Below, piece after piece: positions 40,843 to 50,934 of a stretch of 64,000 nt of DNA. The stretch is from Candidatus Sabulitectum sp. (lineage in GTDB: Bacteria; Fermentibacterota; Fermentibacteria; Fermentibacterales; JCC-6). The notes below the pieces were generated by a model. That model had not been told where the DNA came from and searched no databases. It was given only the letters and a program-made list of their open reading frames with translations. The number at the start of each line of letters is the position of its first letter. Within the stretch, counting starts at the first letter, position 1. The stretch is from positions 10,425-74,424 of the forward strand of contig JAOZUR010000006.1 of assembly GCA_029938555.1 (NCBI GenBank), written 5' to 3'. The translations under genes and the position numbers were made by a program.

Positions 40843-42054
40843 ATGAAAGTTTCCGGACTTTTACTTGCCATCCCATTCATTGCAATTGCCCAATATCCAG
40901 ATACTTTTTTGGGCTCTGTTTCTGTAGGTCAGAACCCAATGGATGTCTGTATCTCCCCTGATGGTAACAGAGCCTATGCAGCAGTGGAGTTCGGATTTGC
41001 TGCAGTGATTGACATAAACGGATACTCAGACTTTTCCCTTGCAGAGCTTGTATCAATTGATGGCGAACCGGTTACGATTCAGTGTGATCCAACCGGTGAA
41101 TATCTCTATGTAGCAGACATTGAAAACAGCAGTGTACATGTTGTTAGCACCTCTGAGTTGTCTGTTGTGAAAACTTTCGCTATTCAGCCTGATCCCACCG
41201 ATATGATTCTTTACTCTCCGGGAAATAAAATTTACCTTTCCCATGAAAATGGATTGATCTCAGTAATTGATACGGAAAGCCAAACAATCACTGAAGTTTT
41301 TTGGGGAGGAGTTCAACTAAACTCTCTTGCCATAACTCCCGATCAAAGTCAGATATTTGCTTCAGATAATGGAAGCCCCGAAGAGACCGTTTTAAACTCT
41401 GAAACAGGAAATTCTACCCGTATAACCAGCGGCATGGACAGTTACAGTGTCGCGGTTTCCGGGAACGGCTCAAGGCTTTTCCTCTCCTGCCCGTCATGGA
41501 ACACAATTGGAGTAATGGACATCACATCCTTAACAATAGAGGAAACAATTTCCTGTACAGGAGATGCACCAGACAAAATGGCAACCTTGCCCAGTCTGCC
41601 CTACCTCTATGGGGTATGTTCCGATGAGAATACCATTACTATTTTCGGAACAGATGATCTTATAGAAAAAGGAGAAATTACCCTTTCAGGAGGCCCCTCA
41701 AACATAGCGGTTCATCCTGACGGTGAAAGGCTCTTCGTGGTGTGCACAGGAGATAACAAGATAAAAATGATAGGTTTCGACCCATCAGGAGTTGATCCGA
41801 TCACAGCGGAACATGTACTAACTGTTGTTGATTCTCCTTCTTCAGTACCATCTGTAACTGTGACCTGTTCAGAAGGAGGAACCGTTTTTCTAAGCGCTTT
41901 TGATCTGTCGGGAAGAACAGTATGGGTCACAGAAACTGTAATGGCTCAGAATGAAACACAACAGTTCCAAGTGGGAAATGTTCCCACTGGAATACTGATT
42001 GTAACCTCAACAGTCAACAAAACCGTGAATTCTGTAAAAGTAGTAGCACTGTAA
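40843..42054 (+). CDS. Secreted YVTN-type beta-propeller repeat protein with T9SS-type C-terminal domain
   Basis: Signal peptide MKVSGLLLAIPFIAIAQ. Repeated units fit the pattern P..i..spDG.r.Y/F.. (DGNRAYAA, TGEYLYVAD, PGNKIYLSH, DQSQIFAS, NGSRLFLS, DGERLFVV). The C-terminal VFLSAFDLSGRTV...TGILIV is Por_Secre_tail-like. Confidence 0.7.
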   Translation: MKVSGLLLAIPFIAIAQYPDTFLGSVSVGQNPMDVCISPDGNRAYAAVEFGFAAVIDINGYSDFSLAELVSIDGEPVTIQCDPTGEYLYVADIENSSVHVVSTSELSVVKTFAIQPDPTDMILYSPGNKIYLSHENGLISVIDTESQTITEVFWGGVQLNSLAITPDQSQIFASDNGSPEETVLNSETGNSTRITSGMDSYSVAVSGNGSRLFLSCPSWNTIGVMDITSLTIEETISCTGDAPDKMATLPSLPYLYGVCSDENTITIFGTDDLIEKGEITLSGGPSNIAVHPDGERLFVVCTGDNKIKMIGFDPSGVDPITAEHVLTVVDSPSSVPSVTVTCSEGGTVFLSAFDLSGRTVWVTETVMAQNETQQFQVGNVPTGILIVTSTVNKTVNSVKVVAL

Positions 42055-42105
42055 GTCTGATTCAATCAATGAACTAATTTGTTCCAAGAAAATGTATTAC
42101 TAATA

Positions 42106-44865
42106 TTAAAAACGTAATCTTACATACACTTCAGAATCAAGCTTTTCCCAGCTTTCAACCACTGGGGTATTTGTGTAATCAAGAGAAGTGCCCACCACAA
42201 GTGAAATACGCCCAGGAAGATCAAATTCAAGTTCTCCTGTTGCATCTGCAACATACCCGTCTGTGTTCTTAGGAGGAAGGTAAACACTTCCCGATAACCA
42301 CAAAGATGGAAGCCAGGAAACTGAACTTGAAGCCCATGTACTGAAAGAGGCATAAGCAGTCAACTCATCTGTTCTACCCTGATCTGTACTCCATCTGGTA
42401 TTCACAAGACCAGCACCAGTTTCAGGAGCGATCCATATCCATGACGCGGGCCAGCTTTTCCAACCTGCTGCCAGATAGGAACTGACCTGCCAGGGTCGAA
42501 CTGTTATTGGTTGTCTGTCCCAGCTTGAACTTGCCCCTGCATAAAGATGATTTGTAATAAAATGTTCAGCTGAAATGGAAGCCCATGCACTCTTGCGAAT
42601 ATCTATTTCATTACGGATTTCAGATCTGGCATTCGCTTCAAAACTGACTGAACTGCCCACCTGACCATAATTAAATGACACACTGCCACCTCCACCATAG
42701 TATTGCTCGTCATTGTTTCCGCCTGTGGAGGAAAGATCAATCCAAAAATTCCAATTCAAAGGTTTTAACCTGTTTTTCTGGAATTCCGCATCATAATTAT
42801 CACTACTGATAAATCGTAATCTGCTTTCTGCGTATGCGTATCCAGGCTCAAGCCTTAAAGCCTCAAGATATTGGTCAAGAGCCCCTGAAAGATTCCCACG
42901 GTTCTCTTCTATCAAACCCAAATAGCAAATTGTATACACTGAGCTGGCATCATACTGCATGACCTGAAGAAGAAGCTCTTCTGCTTTATCAAGCTGATCA
43001 TTAAAAAGATAAGCTTCTGCAAGAGCAGTTGTTAAGGTTTCATTCCATTCATAAGTATTATACGCTTCTAGAAGGATTTCAATTGCAACTGAACTCAAAT
43101 CCTCACCATAATAATAATCTGCTAAACGAATGGTAACATGATAGTCATCTGTTTCTAGTAGTGAAGTTTTATGGTAACACAATCTGCGTTTTTCTGCCAT
43201 GTCCAGAACTCCGAAAAGCTCTGCAAGATGAATCAACTGCCAAGCAGTATTGGAATCATCATGAAACGCTCTTTCTGCAAATTCAAAGGCAAGATCGTTA
43301 TACGAATTGTCGTAAGCACTCCACCCAGCAGCTATCCAAGCATCTGGAAAAAGGTCAAGCATTTCCATTGTGATTGAATCAGTATTTTCGCCTATAGCTT
43401 CCAGAAGAAATATTTTTTCTGCAAAACTTACTGCAGAATCTTCACTGAGATATAAATACTCTTCTAATGATAAAAGAGCATCTTCAGTTTGATGTTTGAT
43501 TCTGTACACCCTTGTAAGATTTAACCACAAAAGAGAGTAATCAGGGTCAATTGCGAGTGCTGCAACAAAATAAGCTTCTGCTGAATCAATCCTTGCTTCT
43601 GCAACTGCCAACCCTGCAAGTTCACCCAGAATCCATGAATCCTGTTGTTCCAAAGCTAGACAGGCTTCTTTGTACCAGTTCCATGCGGCTTCAGTCTCTC
43701 CGCTTGTACTAAAAAGATCACCACGCCGCTGCCAGCCATATAGATACTGGGGGTCTATTGATATGCTTGTTTCATAAGCATCTGCTGCTTCACTAAAAGA
43801 CCCAACGGCCTCAAGTACCCACCCAAGTTCACCATAAAGCCATGGTTCAGGTTCTATCTCAATAGCTCTTTGAAGAGCAAATTCAGCAGCGGTTAAGTTA
43901 TCTTCTGCCTCGTACAGAAATGCCAGTTCCTGCCATCCAGCAGATAACATTGGATCAAGTTCTACAGCTCGCTCAAGAAGCTCTTGTGCGCTGACTGGGT
44001 CACTGGTGATTCGAAGTTTTGCAAGTTGATAAAGAGTCCATGAATTGTCTGGGCTAAACTCGATGGATTTCTGAAAAAAACTATCTGCAAGATCTGGTCG
44101 CTGCTCTTCCAACAGGCATACTGCAAGTCTGCTCCAAGCCCAACCATGCTGAGGATAGAATTTCAAAAGTTCACGATATACCTTAATTGCTTCCCCGGTC
44201 CGTTTATTTTCCTCAAGAAGAAGCCCTAGGGCCGAATATGTTGACGATTTTGTCGAATCCCGCTGGATAACTTCTCGGAATACAGAAATTGCTGCTACTG
44301 GATCACCTGCATCTGAAAGAACCTGGCCGTACTGCTGTTTTAACGGGTTGCAATCAGGCAATCTGCGAACCGCTTCCTGCGAAACTGCAAGAGCTTCATC
44401 AATTCTATCGCAATCAACAAGTGCCATTGATAAAGTAAGCCATCCTGGGCCAAAAGTTGAATCAGCTTCAACAGCTTCACTGGCATGAATATATGCTTCT
44501 TCACAATTCCCTACAGAGAGCAGCCAGTAGCTGTAAGTTTCACTAAGTACTGGATCAACCCCATCAACAAGATCAAAAGCGATTGAGAACAAACTATCCA
44601 TCACAAAAGAATCAGGCTGCATACCCACAAAAGCCAATGCTGTCCATGTTCTGTGATCTGTGCTGTCTAAAAGAATCGCTTCTATAGCTGTTTCATAAGA
44701 ATTACCAGAACCTGTTCCATACTGTGAAATAGCCTGTGCTGCAAGATTTATTGCTGTTTTTTCATAATCAGAAGAGACCTGTTCCATATTGTCCCAGTTT
44801 AGATCACTGTACTCTTGATACCACTCTGAAGGCCAAAACGACAATATTGTCAATAAAAGAATCAA
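42106..44865 (-). CDS. TPR-repeat protein fused to a C-terminal outer-membrane beta-barrel-like domain
   Basis: About 680 aa of TPR-like helical repeats are followed by about 230 aa of alternating aromatic/Gly/Ser-rich beta-strand pattern, ending ...EVYVRLRF with a terminal Phe as in OMP beta-signals. Confidence 0.65.
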   Translation of the reverse strand: MILLLTILSFWPSEWYQEYSDLNWDNMEQVSSDYEKTAINLAAQAISQYGTGSGNSYETAIEAILLDSTDHRTWTALAFVGMQPDSFVMDSLFSIAFDLVDGVDPVLSETYSYWLLSVGNCEEAYIHASEAVEADSTFGPGWLTLSMALVDCDRIDEALAVSQEAVRRLPDCNPLKQQYGQVLSDAGDPVAAISVFREVIQRDSTKSSTYSALGLLLEENKRTGEAIKVYRELLKFYPQHGWAWSRLAVCLLEEQRPDLADSFFQKSIEFSPDNSWTLYQLAKLRITSDPVSAQELLERAVELDPMLSAGWQELAFLYEAEDNLTAAEFALQRAIEIEPEPWLYGELGWVLEAVGSFSEAADAYETSISIDPQYLYGWQRRGDLFSTSGETEAAWNWYKEACLALEQQDSWILGELAGLAVAEARIDSAEAYFVAALAIDPDYSLLWLNLTRVYRIKHQTEDALLSLEEYLYLSEDSAVSFAEKIFLLEAIGENTDSITMEMLDLFPDAWIAAGWSAYDNSYNDLAFEFAERAFHDDSNTAWQLIHLAELFGVLDMAEKRRLCYHKTSLLETDDYHVTIRLADYYYGEDLSSVAIEILLEAYNTYEWNETLTTALAEAYLFNDQLDKAEELLLQVMQYDASSVYTICYLGLIEENRGNLSGALDQYLEALRLEPGYAYAESRLRFISSDNYDAEFQKNRLKPLNWNFWIDLSSTGGNNDEQYYGGGGSVSFNYGQVGSSVSFEANARSEIRNEIDIRKSAWASISAEHFITNHLYAGASSSWDRQPITVRPWQVSSYLAAGWKSWPASWIWIAPETGAGLVNTRWSTDQGRTDELTAYASFSTWASSSVSWLPSLWLSGSVYLPPKNTDGYVADATGELEFDLPGRISLVVGTSLDYTNTPVVESWEKLDSEVYVRLRF

Positions 44866-45308
44866 CCTTTTCTCTCCTTACCTGTAACTTTGTCAAGGTG
44901 TACAGCAATGATTTCAGTTCTTCCTGTCATTGAGTCGGTAATAACAGTAGACTCTTTTAAATATTTCACACAAAGATCCTGAAGGATTTCCCTCTTTTTT
45001 TCCATATCAGAAACAGATACAGCCTCACCCCATGCGATAACACTTGTGTAATAAGCTGTCTGTGATTCTACGCTGACTCCATGCATAGCATCAAATTCCA
45101 AACAAACCACAGGAGATTTTTTCATAGCTTCTGCTTTCCGTCCTTCAAAAGCACAATGAAAATAAATTGATCCGTCTTTATAAACAAAACTAAGAGGCAC
45201 TACATAAGGTTCTCCCTGTGAAATCATACCAATCCTGACCACAGAACATTCCATTATGAAATTGTCGATTATTTCCCTTGAGGTTATTTCTCTTTTCTTA
45301 AGTCTCAA
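44862..45308 (-). CDS. Pyridoxamine 5'-phosphate oxidase-family (FMN-binding split-barrel) protein
   Basis: VVRIGMISQGEPYVVPLSFVYKDGSIYFHCAFEGRKAEAM is typical of the PNPOx-like/NimA-like family. Confidence 0.7.
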   Translation of the reverse strand: MRLKKREITSREIIDNFIMECSVVRIGMISQGEPYVVPLSFVYKDGSIYFHCAFEGRKAEAMKKSPVVCLEFDAMHGVSVESQTAYYTSVIAWGEAVSVSDMEKKREILQDLCVKYLKESTVITDSMTGRTEIIAVHLDKVTGKERKG

Positions 45309-46085
45309 TTAATTCCCCCATATTGCAAAAGCAAATCCTGCAAGTGCCACTGTCCAGCAATACCAAGCAAAGCCTGTAAGTTTTCCCTGTTTAACAAACT
45401 TAACAAGAAGAGACAAAGCACCAAACCCCACAATTGCCGAAACCACAAAACCAATAATTATCGCACTTATTGGGATACTCCAGCTAGCTGAAGGAAGTTC
45501 CTTTACTGCTGCACCAAGAATTGCTGGAATGGCAAGAAGAAAAGAAAATCGGGCTGCCTCTTGGCGAGAAAAACCCACAAAAAGACCTGTACAAATAGTT
45601 GTACCTGAGCGAGAAACCCCTGGAAGAATTGCAAGAGTTTGAGCCAAACCAACCAGAATTCCTCTTTTAAAAGTAATACCTGTCTGTTTTGTTGAGTCTG
45701 TTTTGCCTGATAAAAACAAAATCAACCCGGTGAAAACCAGAGCCCCGGATATGAAAAAAATATTATGTCTGAGGGTTTCTATAAAATCACCAAACACGAT
45801 TCCAGCAATTGCCACCGGTATAGTTCCCACAACAAGAGAGAGACCTAATAAAAGGCTTTTTTTCTCTCTGCGAAAAACACCAATAACAAGAGCTGTTATG
45901 TCTTTCCAGTAAAAAGCAAAAACCGCCACAAGAGTGCCCAAATGAAGAACTATATCAAACGCAAGACCGCCTTCGGGAACTTCAAGCAGCTTAGCAGCAA
46001 GGGCAAGATGCCCTGAACTGGACACTGGCAAAAATTCCGTTAAACCCTGAACAATAGCAAGTATAGAGGCTTCAATTGGATTCAT
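45309..46085 (-). CDS. uppP: Undecaprenyl-diphosphate phosphatase
   Basis: GLTEFLPVSSSGHL and PGVSRSGTTI motifs in a 258-aa polytopic protein. Confidence 0.9.
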   Translation of the reverse strand: MNPIEASILAIVQGLTEFLPVSSSGHLALAAKLLEVPEGGLAFDIVLHLGTLVAVFAFYWKDITALVIGVFRREKKSLLLGLSLVVGTIPVAIAGIVFGDFIETLRHNIFFISGALVFTGLILFLSGKTDSTKQTGITFKRGILVGLAQTLAILPGVSRSGTTICTGLFVGFSRQEAARFSFLLAIPAILGAAVKELPSASWSIPISAIIIGFVVSAIVGFGALSLLVKFVKQGKLTGFAWYCWTVALAGFAFAIWGN

Positions 46086-47269
46086 TCTATAAACTCCCTG
46101 TGTAATTCCTGAAGTGCTTTATCTCTCTGGTTTAAAAGAACCAGAGCGCTGATGGTTGCATGTGAATCAACTGTCTGAAGAGCATTAACTTTTACCCGGT
46201 GAAGAGCTTCGCAAAATCTTGCCATAACCCCCTGTAATCCGTGCATACCTGCTCCTATTATAGAAACCTTAACACAAGGTGAAACAATGGTATAGTCAAG
46301 CTCCATCAGCCCAAGAAGTTGCTGTACTTTGTCAGTTGATTCCACAGGAACAGTAAATGATGTGGAACAATCAAATACACTGAACATATCCATTGAGATT
46401 CCATTATCAGCAATAACCCTAAAAAGGCCTGCAAAAAAAGAAGATGGAGTACTAGAACCGGTAACTGAAAATCCAGCAACAGTGTTTCCTGCAGCAACTC
46501 CAACAATGTATCTGCTATTTTCCAGAGGTTTTGTTTCCACCAGAGTTACCACTTTGCCGGAATTGAAAGAACGAACTTTCAAAATCATGTTTGATGCCAG
46601 TGCTGCCTCTGCTGCTCTAGGATGAACCACCTTGGCCCCCTGCCATGCCATCTGCCGCAGATCTTCTGCAGAAATAACACTTAACTCTTGAGCATTGGGC
46701 ACTTTTACCGGATCAGCGGTGTAAATTGAATCAACAGTTTTGTACAACAGAACTTCACTAGCTTCAAGAGCTACCCCAAGAACAACAGCGGAGGTATCTG
46801 TTCCACCTCTGCCTAATGTGTTCAGATAACCTGAAGGTGATAAACCCTGAAATCCTGCAATAACAACAACACTGTTAGCGGAAAGAGTTTTTTTAATTCT
46901 AGATACATCAATACTTACAATGCTGGCATCACCAGATACTCCATCAGTACAAATTCCTGCTTCCCAACCGGTGAGCGCCTCTGCCTGTATGCCCTTATCT
47001 CGCAGTGTTGAAGCCATGACAAGTGCACTTATAACCTCACCGCAAACCATTAGCCTGTCTTTTTCGTGAATGCTCGATTCCTTGGAAACCAGACCAAGAA
47101 GAGTATCAGTTGCATACGGATCTCCTGAACGACCCATGGCAGAAACTACCACAACAAGTTTTTCTGTCTCTTCAAGAAGAGATACACAATGGTCTGCTGC
47201 GATTATTCTATTTTTCTCACTGGTTAGGCTGGTTCCGCCGAACTTTGCCACTAGCAGTTTCTTCTGCAA
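46082..47269 (-). CDS. lysC: Aspartate kinase
   Basis: LLVAKFGGTSL, GRGGTDTSAV and C-terminal ACT-like repeats. I chose the TTG start at 47267-47269. The ORF-track ATG at 47332 would overlap the upstream glycosyltransferase by 116 nt. Confidence 0.85.
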   Translation of the reverse strand: MQKKLLVAKFGGTSLTSEKNRIIAADHCVSLLEETEKLVVVVSAMGRSGDPYATDTLLGLVSKESSIHEKDRLMVCGEVISALVMASTLRDKGIQAEALTGWEAGICTDGVSGDASIVSIDVSRIKKTLSANSVVVIAGFQGLSPSGYLNTLGRGGTDTSAVVLGVALEASEVLLYKTVDSIYTADPVKVPNAQELSVISAEDLRQMAWQGAKVVHPRAAEAALASNMILKVRSFNSGKVVTLVETKPLENSRYIVGVAAGNTVAGFSVTGSSTPSSFFAGLFRVIADNGISMDMFSVFDCSTSFTVPVESTDKVQQLLGLMELDYTIVSPCVKVSIIGAGMHGLQGVMARFCEALHRVKVNALQTVDSHATISALVLLNQRDKALQELHREFIE

Positions 47270-48297
47270 GGTGAACGAACTCCCTTCCTGTATCAGACCA
47301 GGTAAAAAGATCTTTGCTTCTGACACTGGCATTTTCTGACATTTTATATCTTAACTCTTTGTTATCAATTAGTTCTTTTAGATGCTCTGCGCAGTTTGTC
47401 ACATCTCCAGCTGTTATCAAAAAACCATTCTCGCCGTGTGTAACAAGTTCAGGCACTGCACCTGCATCAACCGCCAAAACCGGTAACCCGGCCCATAATG
47501 CTTCTGCTACTGCAATTCCATAACCTTCCCAATGGGATAAGTTTGCCAAAATATCACTGCTATTATACTTAGCATATAGCTCTTCTGTGGAAAGATGCCC
47601 CATAAATGTCACTTTGTCGCCAAGAGCATAAGCTTCTTTTCTCACAGATTCCGAATATGCTGAATCAGTTTTCTCGTCACCAAGAATATCAAGATGGAAA
47701 TTTCTGTCTTTCAACAAATTGCACGCTTTTACAAGTGTTAATTGGTCTTTCCTTGAACAGACAGTTCCCACACATAGAATTCTAACCGGTGAATTTTCTG
47801 ATCTTTGTTCTGCCTGCTTGGAAAATCGTTCAAACCCCGGGGGAATTACACAAATTCGATCTTCTGATAAACCAAGCGATACAACATCATCAGATGTGCT
47901 TTTACTGTTTACCCATATTTTTTTTCCGCTTGAAAGAAACCAGCGAACCAGTTTTTTTCGAAATCCCGATACACCTTCCACTCTATCATGCCACTCCAGA
48001 TGATGAACAAGATACAAAACAGGGATGCCAGTGAACGGCAGAAGCAGTCGAAGAAATGCCATAAAACTGTAACTCTTGCTTACAACAAGTAAATCAGGCC
48101 TGTTTTTTAGAACTCTGAAAAGAACATGAAAAGAACCTGGTATACGAGAGCCTTGAAGAGTTTCCGGTATGGTATTAAAATGTATAACATCAACTTCATG
48201 GCCTGCTACACTTAAGGCTTCAGCCATTTTAAAGTTAAAGTAATAACCACCTGTGCTATGATCTTTAAGACCCAACATTACAAATGAAATTTTCAAA
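47217..48297 (-). CDS. Glycosyltransferase, GT4-like (GT-B fold)
   Basis: The C-terminal EGYGIAVAEALWAGLPVLAVDAGAVPELV is the E-x7-E region. I chose the TTG start at 48295-48297, giving (M)KISFVMLG. The ORF-track start at 48383 would leave only 2 nt to the divergent gene. Confidence 0.8.
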
Positions 48298-48406
48298 TTA
48301 TCTCTTTCGATAAAGTTCTTTAGAAGACTGAGTATAGCCAAGCATCCCTTAAAAGTCACACTGCACAAGAGGGCTGTGAACAATTATGTTTGCAACAGGA
48401 GGAAAT

Positions 48407-49666
48407 ATGTCAGCAAAAAGCATCTGTATGGTTGTGAAGAATCGTCTTTCGAATGATGCCCGTGTGAAAAAAGAGATGACCGCTCTTGCCCAGGATGGCT
48501 GGCAAGTAACAGTTATTGCCATGCCTGAACAGGGTTTCGCTGAAGATGAATACAAAAATGGTATCCACATAATCAGACCCCACATTTTCTCTCAAGCCCG
48601 TGAAAACCTCCGTTCTCAGGTTACAGGTGCTTCAGAAGAAATCAACAATTCATTCAAGGCAAAAGTAATAAGAGCTATTAGACAGAACAAAATACGCAGA
48701 TTTTTTGCAGACCTGCACCGAGATATCCCATGGGAAAACAGATTAAAAAAAGCAGCTTACAAAACAAATGCTCATGTGTACCATGCAAACGATCTGGATA
48801 CACTTGAGATTTGTGGTTCCGTTGCAGCAAAAAGAAAAGCAAAACTGGTATACGACAGTCATGAATTATGGCTTGAGTCAAGTCGCTTTCTTATTGCAAC
48901 CCATCCTTTAAACAAAATAAGACTAAAAAGAATTGAAAAAAAGTACATACAAAAAGCTGATGCGGTTATTGCAGTAACTCCTCTTCGTGGACGGGAAATG
49001 AAAAAAATGTATCCGTCCATGAAAAATCTATCAATAGTGGAAAATGCTCCTGATAAGCTTTTAAAACTTCCCCCCAAAGGCAAACTCCGAAAATTGATTA
49101 AAGCAAAACCTGATACTGTTATTGCTTTGTATCAAGGTGTATTATGCCCAGAAAGAGGGCTGGAAGAGTTACTTAATGCGGCTAAACTCACAAAAAATAA
49201 GAATGTGAAATTTGTGTTCATCGGAATGGATGCCTGGAATGGAACACTTCAGAAAATGGCTTCTGAAATGTTACTGGAAGATAAAGTGATTTTTCTTCCT
49301 GCTGTTCCCTCGGAAGAGCTTCCTGAGATAACAGTAGACGCTGATATGGGGTTCATTCTGTTTCGTAATACCTGCCTGAATCACTACTATTCTCTACCTA
49401 ACAAACTGTATGAGTACATGATGGCTGGGGTTCCCATAATTTCCAGCAATTTCCCTGAGCTTGAACGGGTACTCTCAGAGGTACAAAGCGGCTTAACAGT
49501 GAATCCTGAGTCACCAGAAGACATTTGTAAAACTGTAGAACTACTGGCCTCGAATTCTGAGTTAAGAAACAGTATGAGCCACAATGGGCGAAACGCAGCT
49601 TTAGACAGGTACAACTGGAAACCCCAGAGTTTGATCCTTCGAGATTTGTACCGAAAGTTGAGGTAG
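48407..49666 (+). CDS. Glycosyltransferase, GT4-like
   Basis: The start at MSAKSICMVVKN is preceded by AGGAGGA. The C-terminal NKLYEYMMAGVPIISSNFPELERV is the E-x7-E region. Confidence 0.8.
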   Translation: MSAKSICMVVKNRLSNDARVKKEMTALAQDGWQVTVIAMPEQGFAEDEYKNGIHIIRPHIFSQARENLRSQVTGASEEINNSFKAKVIRAIRQNKIRRFFADLHRDIPWENRLKKAAYKTNAHVYHANDLDTLEICGSVAAKRKAKLVYDSHELWLESSRFLIATHPLNKIRLKRIEKKYIQKADAVIAVTPLRGREMKKMYPSMKNLSIVENAPDKLLKLPPKGKLRKLIKAKPDTVIALYQGVLCPERGLEELLNAAKLTKNKNVKFVFIGMDAWNGTLQKMASEMLLEDKVIFLPAVPSEELPEITVDADMGFILFRNTCLNHYYSLPNKLYEYMMAGVPIISSNFPELERVLSEVQSGLTVNPESPEDICKTVELLASNSELRNSMSHNGRNAALDRYNWKPQSLILRDLYRKLR

Positions 49667-49668
49667 AA

Positions 49669-50934
49669 ATGAAAAAACTGATTCTGCTTACCTACTCTTT
49701 CCCTCCTCTTTCTTCCGGTGGAACCCCTGTGGTTCTGAATATGTGCCGTTACCTTCCATTACATGATTGGCAGGTTACCGTTGTAACTGTCAGCAATCCA
49801 AAGGGCATGAAAATTGATAACACCCTGCTGGATGAAATTCCGGAAGATCTGAAAGTAATCAGAGTAGCTCATGGCAAATCGGTTTCCACCACCCAACAAT
49901 CTTCTATTCAGAAAAAAAGTGCGTTAAAAAAACTTCTCAGTTTTGTCGTTCATAATTACATACTAATCCCCGACCGGGTGATAACATGGAAAAAACAAGT
50001 TTTACCTGTTTTAGACAAAATAATTCAAGAAGAAAAACCCCACGTTATTATGTCTTTTGGTCCACACCATTCCTTGCATTTGATCGCTTTCTCTGCAGCT
50101 AAAAAAACGGCACTTCCTGTTATTCCTTTTTTTGGCGATCTCTGGATGAAAGACAGTAATGTTCAGTGGCCCAGCAGAATAAATAAATTCATTGAATCTC
50201 TTCTGGAAAAAAGTGTAATTCACCGGGCTAGGGGAATAATAGCAACCACTGAAAGATCAACAGGTTACTTTTTAGACCGATACCCCCATAAGTGTCCACC
50301 AACCCATGTTGCTGAAAATGCATACGACCCCAGAAGATATAACCACCGTGATTCCACTAAATCAAACAAAGAATATCTAATTGCCGGCTGGACAGGCAAT
50401 TTTTTCGCCAGCCACTCTCCTGAACCGCTGCTGGAAGGGCTAAAAATGTTTTACAGCAGAAATCCACATTCCAAGCTTCGAATAAAAATGGCAGGTGGAA
50501 TCGATCATGTATCTTTGAAAAAAATAAATCAGGAACCGCTCAAAGGAAAAGTAACTCATTCCGGACATTTAGAATGGGCAAAAGTTCCAGAATTCCAGAA
50601 TAGTTGTGATATTCTCATCGGTTTTCTTACTTCCAGAAAAGGAAGTGAGTTGAAGAATTCAAGTAAAACCGCTGAATACCTCATCTCTGGAAAAACCATA
50701 CTTGGTTTGGTGCCAGAAGGGGCCATGGCCACAAGAATAAGGGAATATGGCAATGGTTATATTGTTCAACCATACTCTGAAGACATAGCTCTGAAGCTTG
50801 AAAATCTTGAATACCAATGGAAAACATCTACCCTCAGAAAACCGTTGGATTTTGATAAGATTGAAGAAAAATTCTCGGCTGTTCGAGTAATGGCAAGAAT
50901 GGCAGATTTCCTGAACAAACTGGTAGGACCATGA
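49669..50934 (+). CDS. Glycosyltransferase-like protein (GT-B fold, divergent)
   Basis: N-terminus MKKLILLTYSFPPLSSGGTPVV and C-terminal SSKTAEYLISGKTILGLVPEG. It sits between two GT4-like genes. Confidence 0.65.
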   Translation: MKKLILLTYSFPPLSSGGTPVVLNMCRYLPLHDWQVTVVTVSNPKGMKIDNTLLDEIPEDLKVIRVAHGKSVSTTQQSSIQKKSALKKLLSFVVHNYILIPDRVITWKKQVLPVLDKIIQEEKPHVIMSFGPHHSLHLIAFSAAKKTALPVIPFFGDLWMKDSNVQWPSRINKFIESLLEKSVIHRARGIIATTERSTGYFLDRYPHKCPPTHVAENAYDPRRYNHRDSTKSNKEYLIAGWTGNFFASHSPEPLLEGLKMFYSRNPHSKLRIKMAGGIDHVSLKKINQEPLKGKVTHSGHLEWAKVPEFQNSCDILIGFLTSRKGSELKNSSKTAEYLISGKTILGLVPEGAMATRIREYGNGYIVQPYSEDIALKLENLEYQWKTSTLRKPLDFDKIEEKFSAVRVMARMADFLNKLVGP

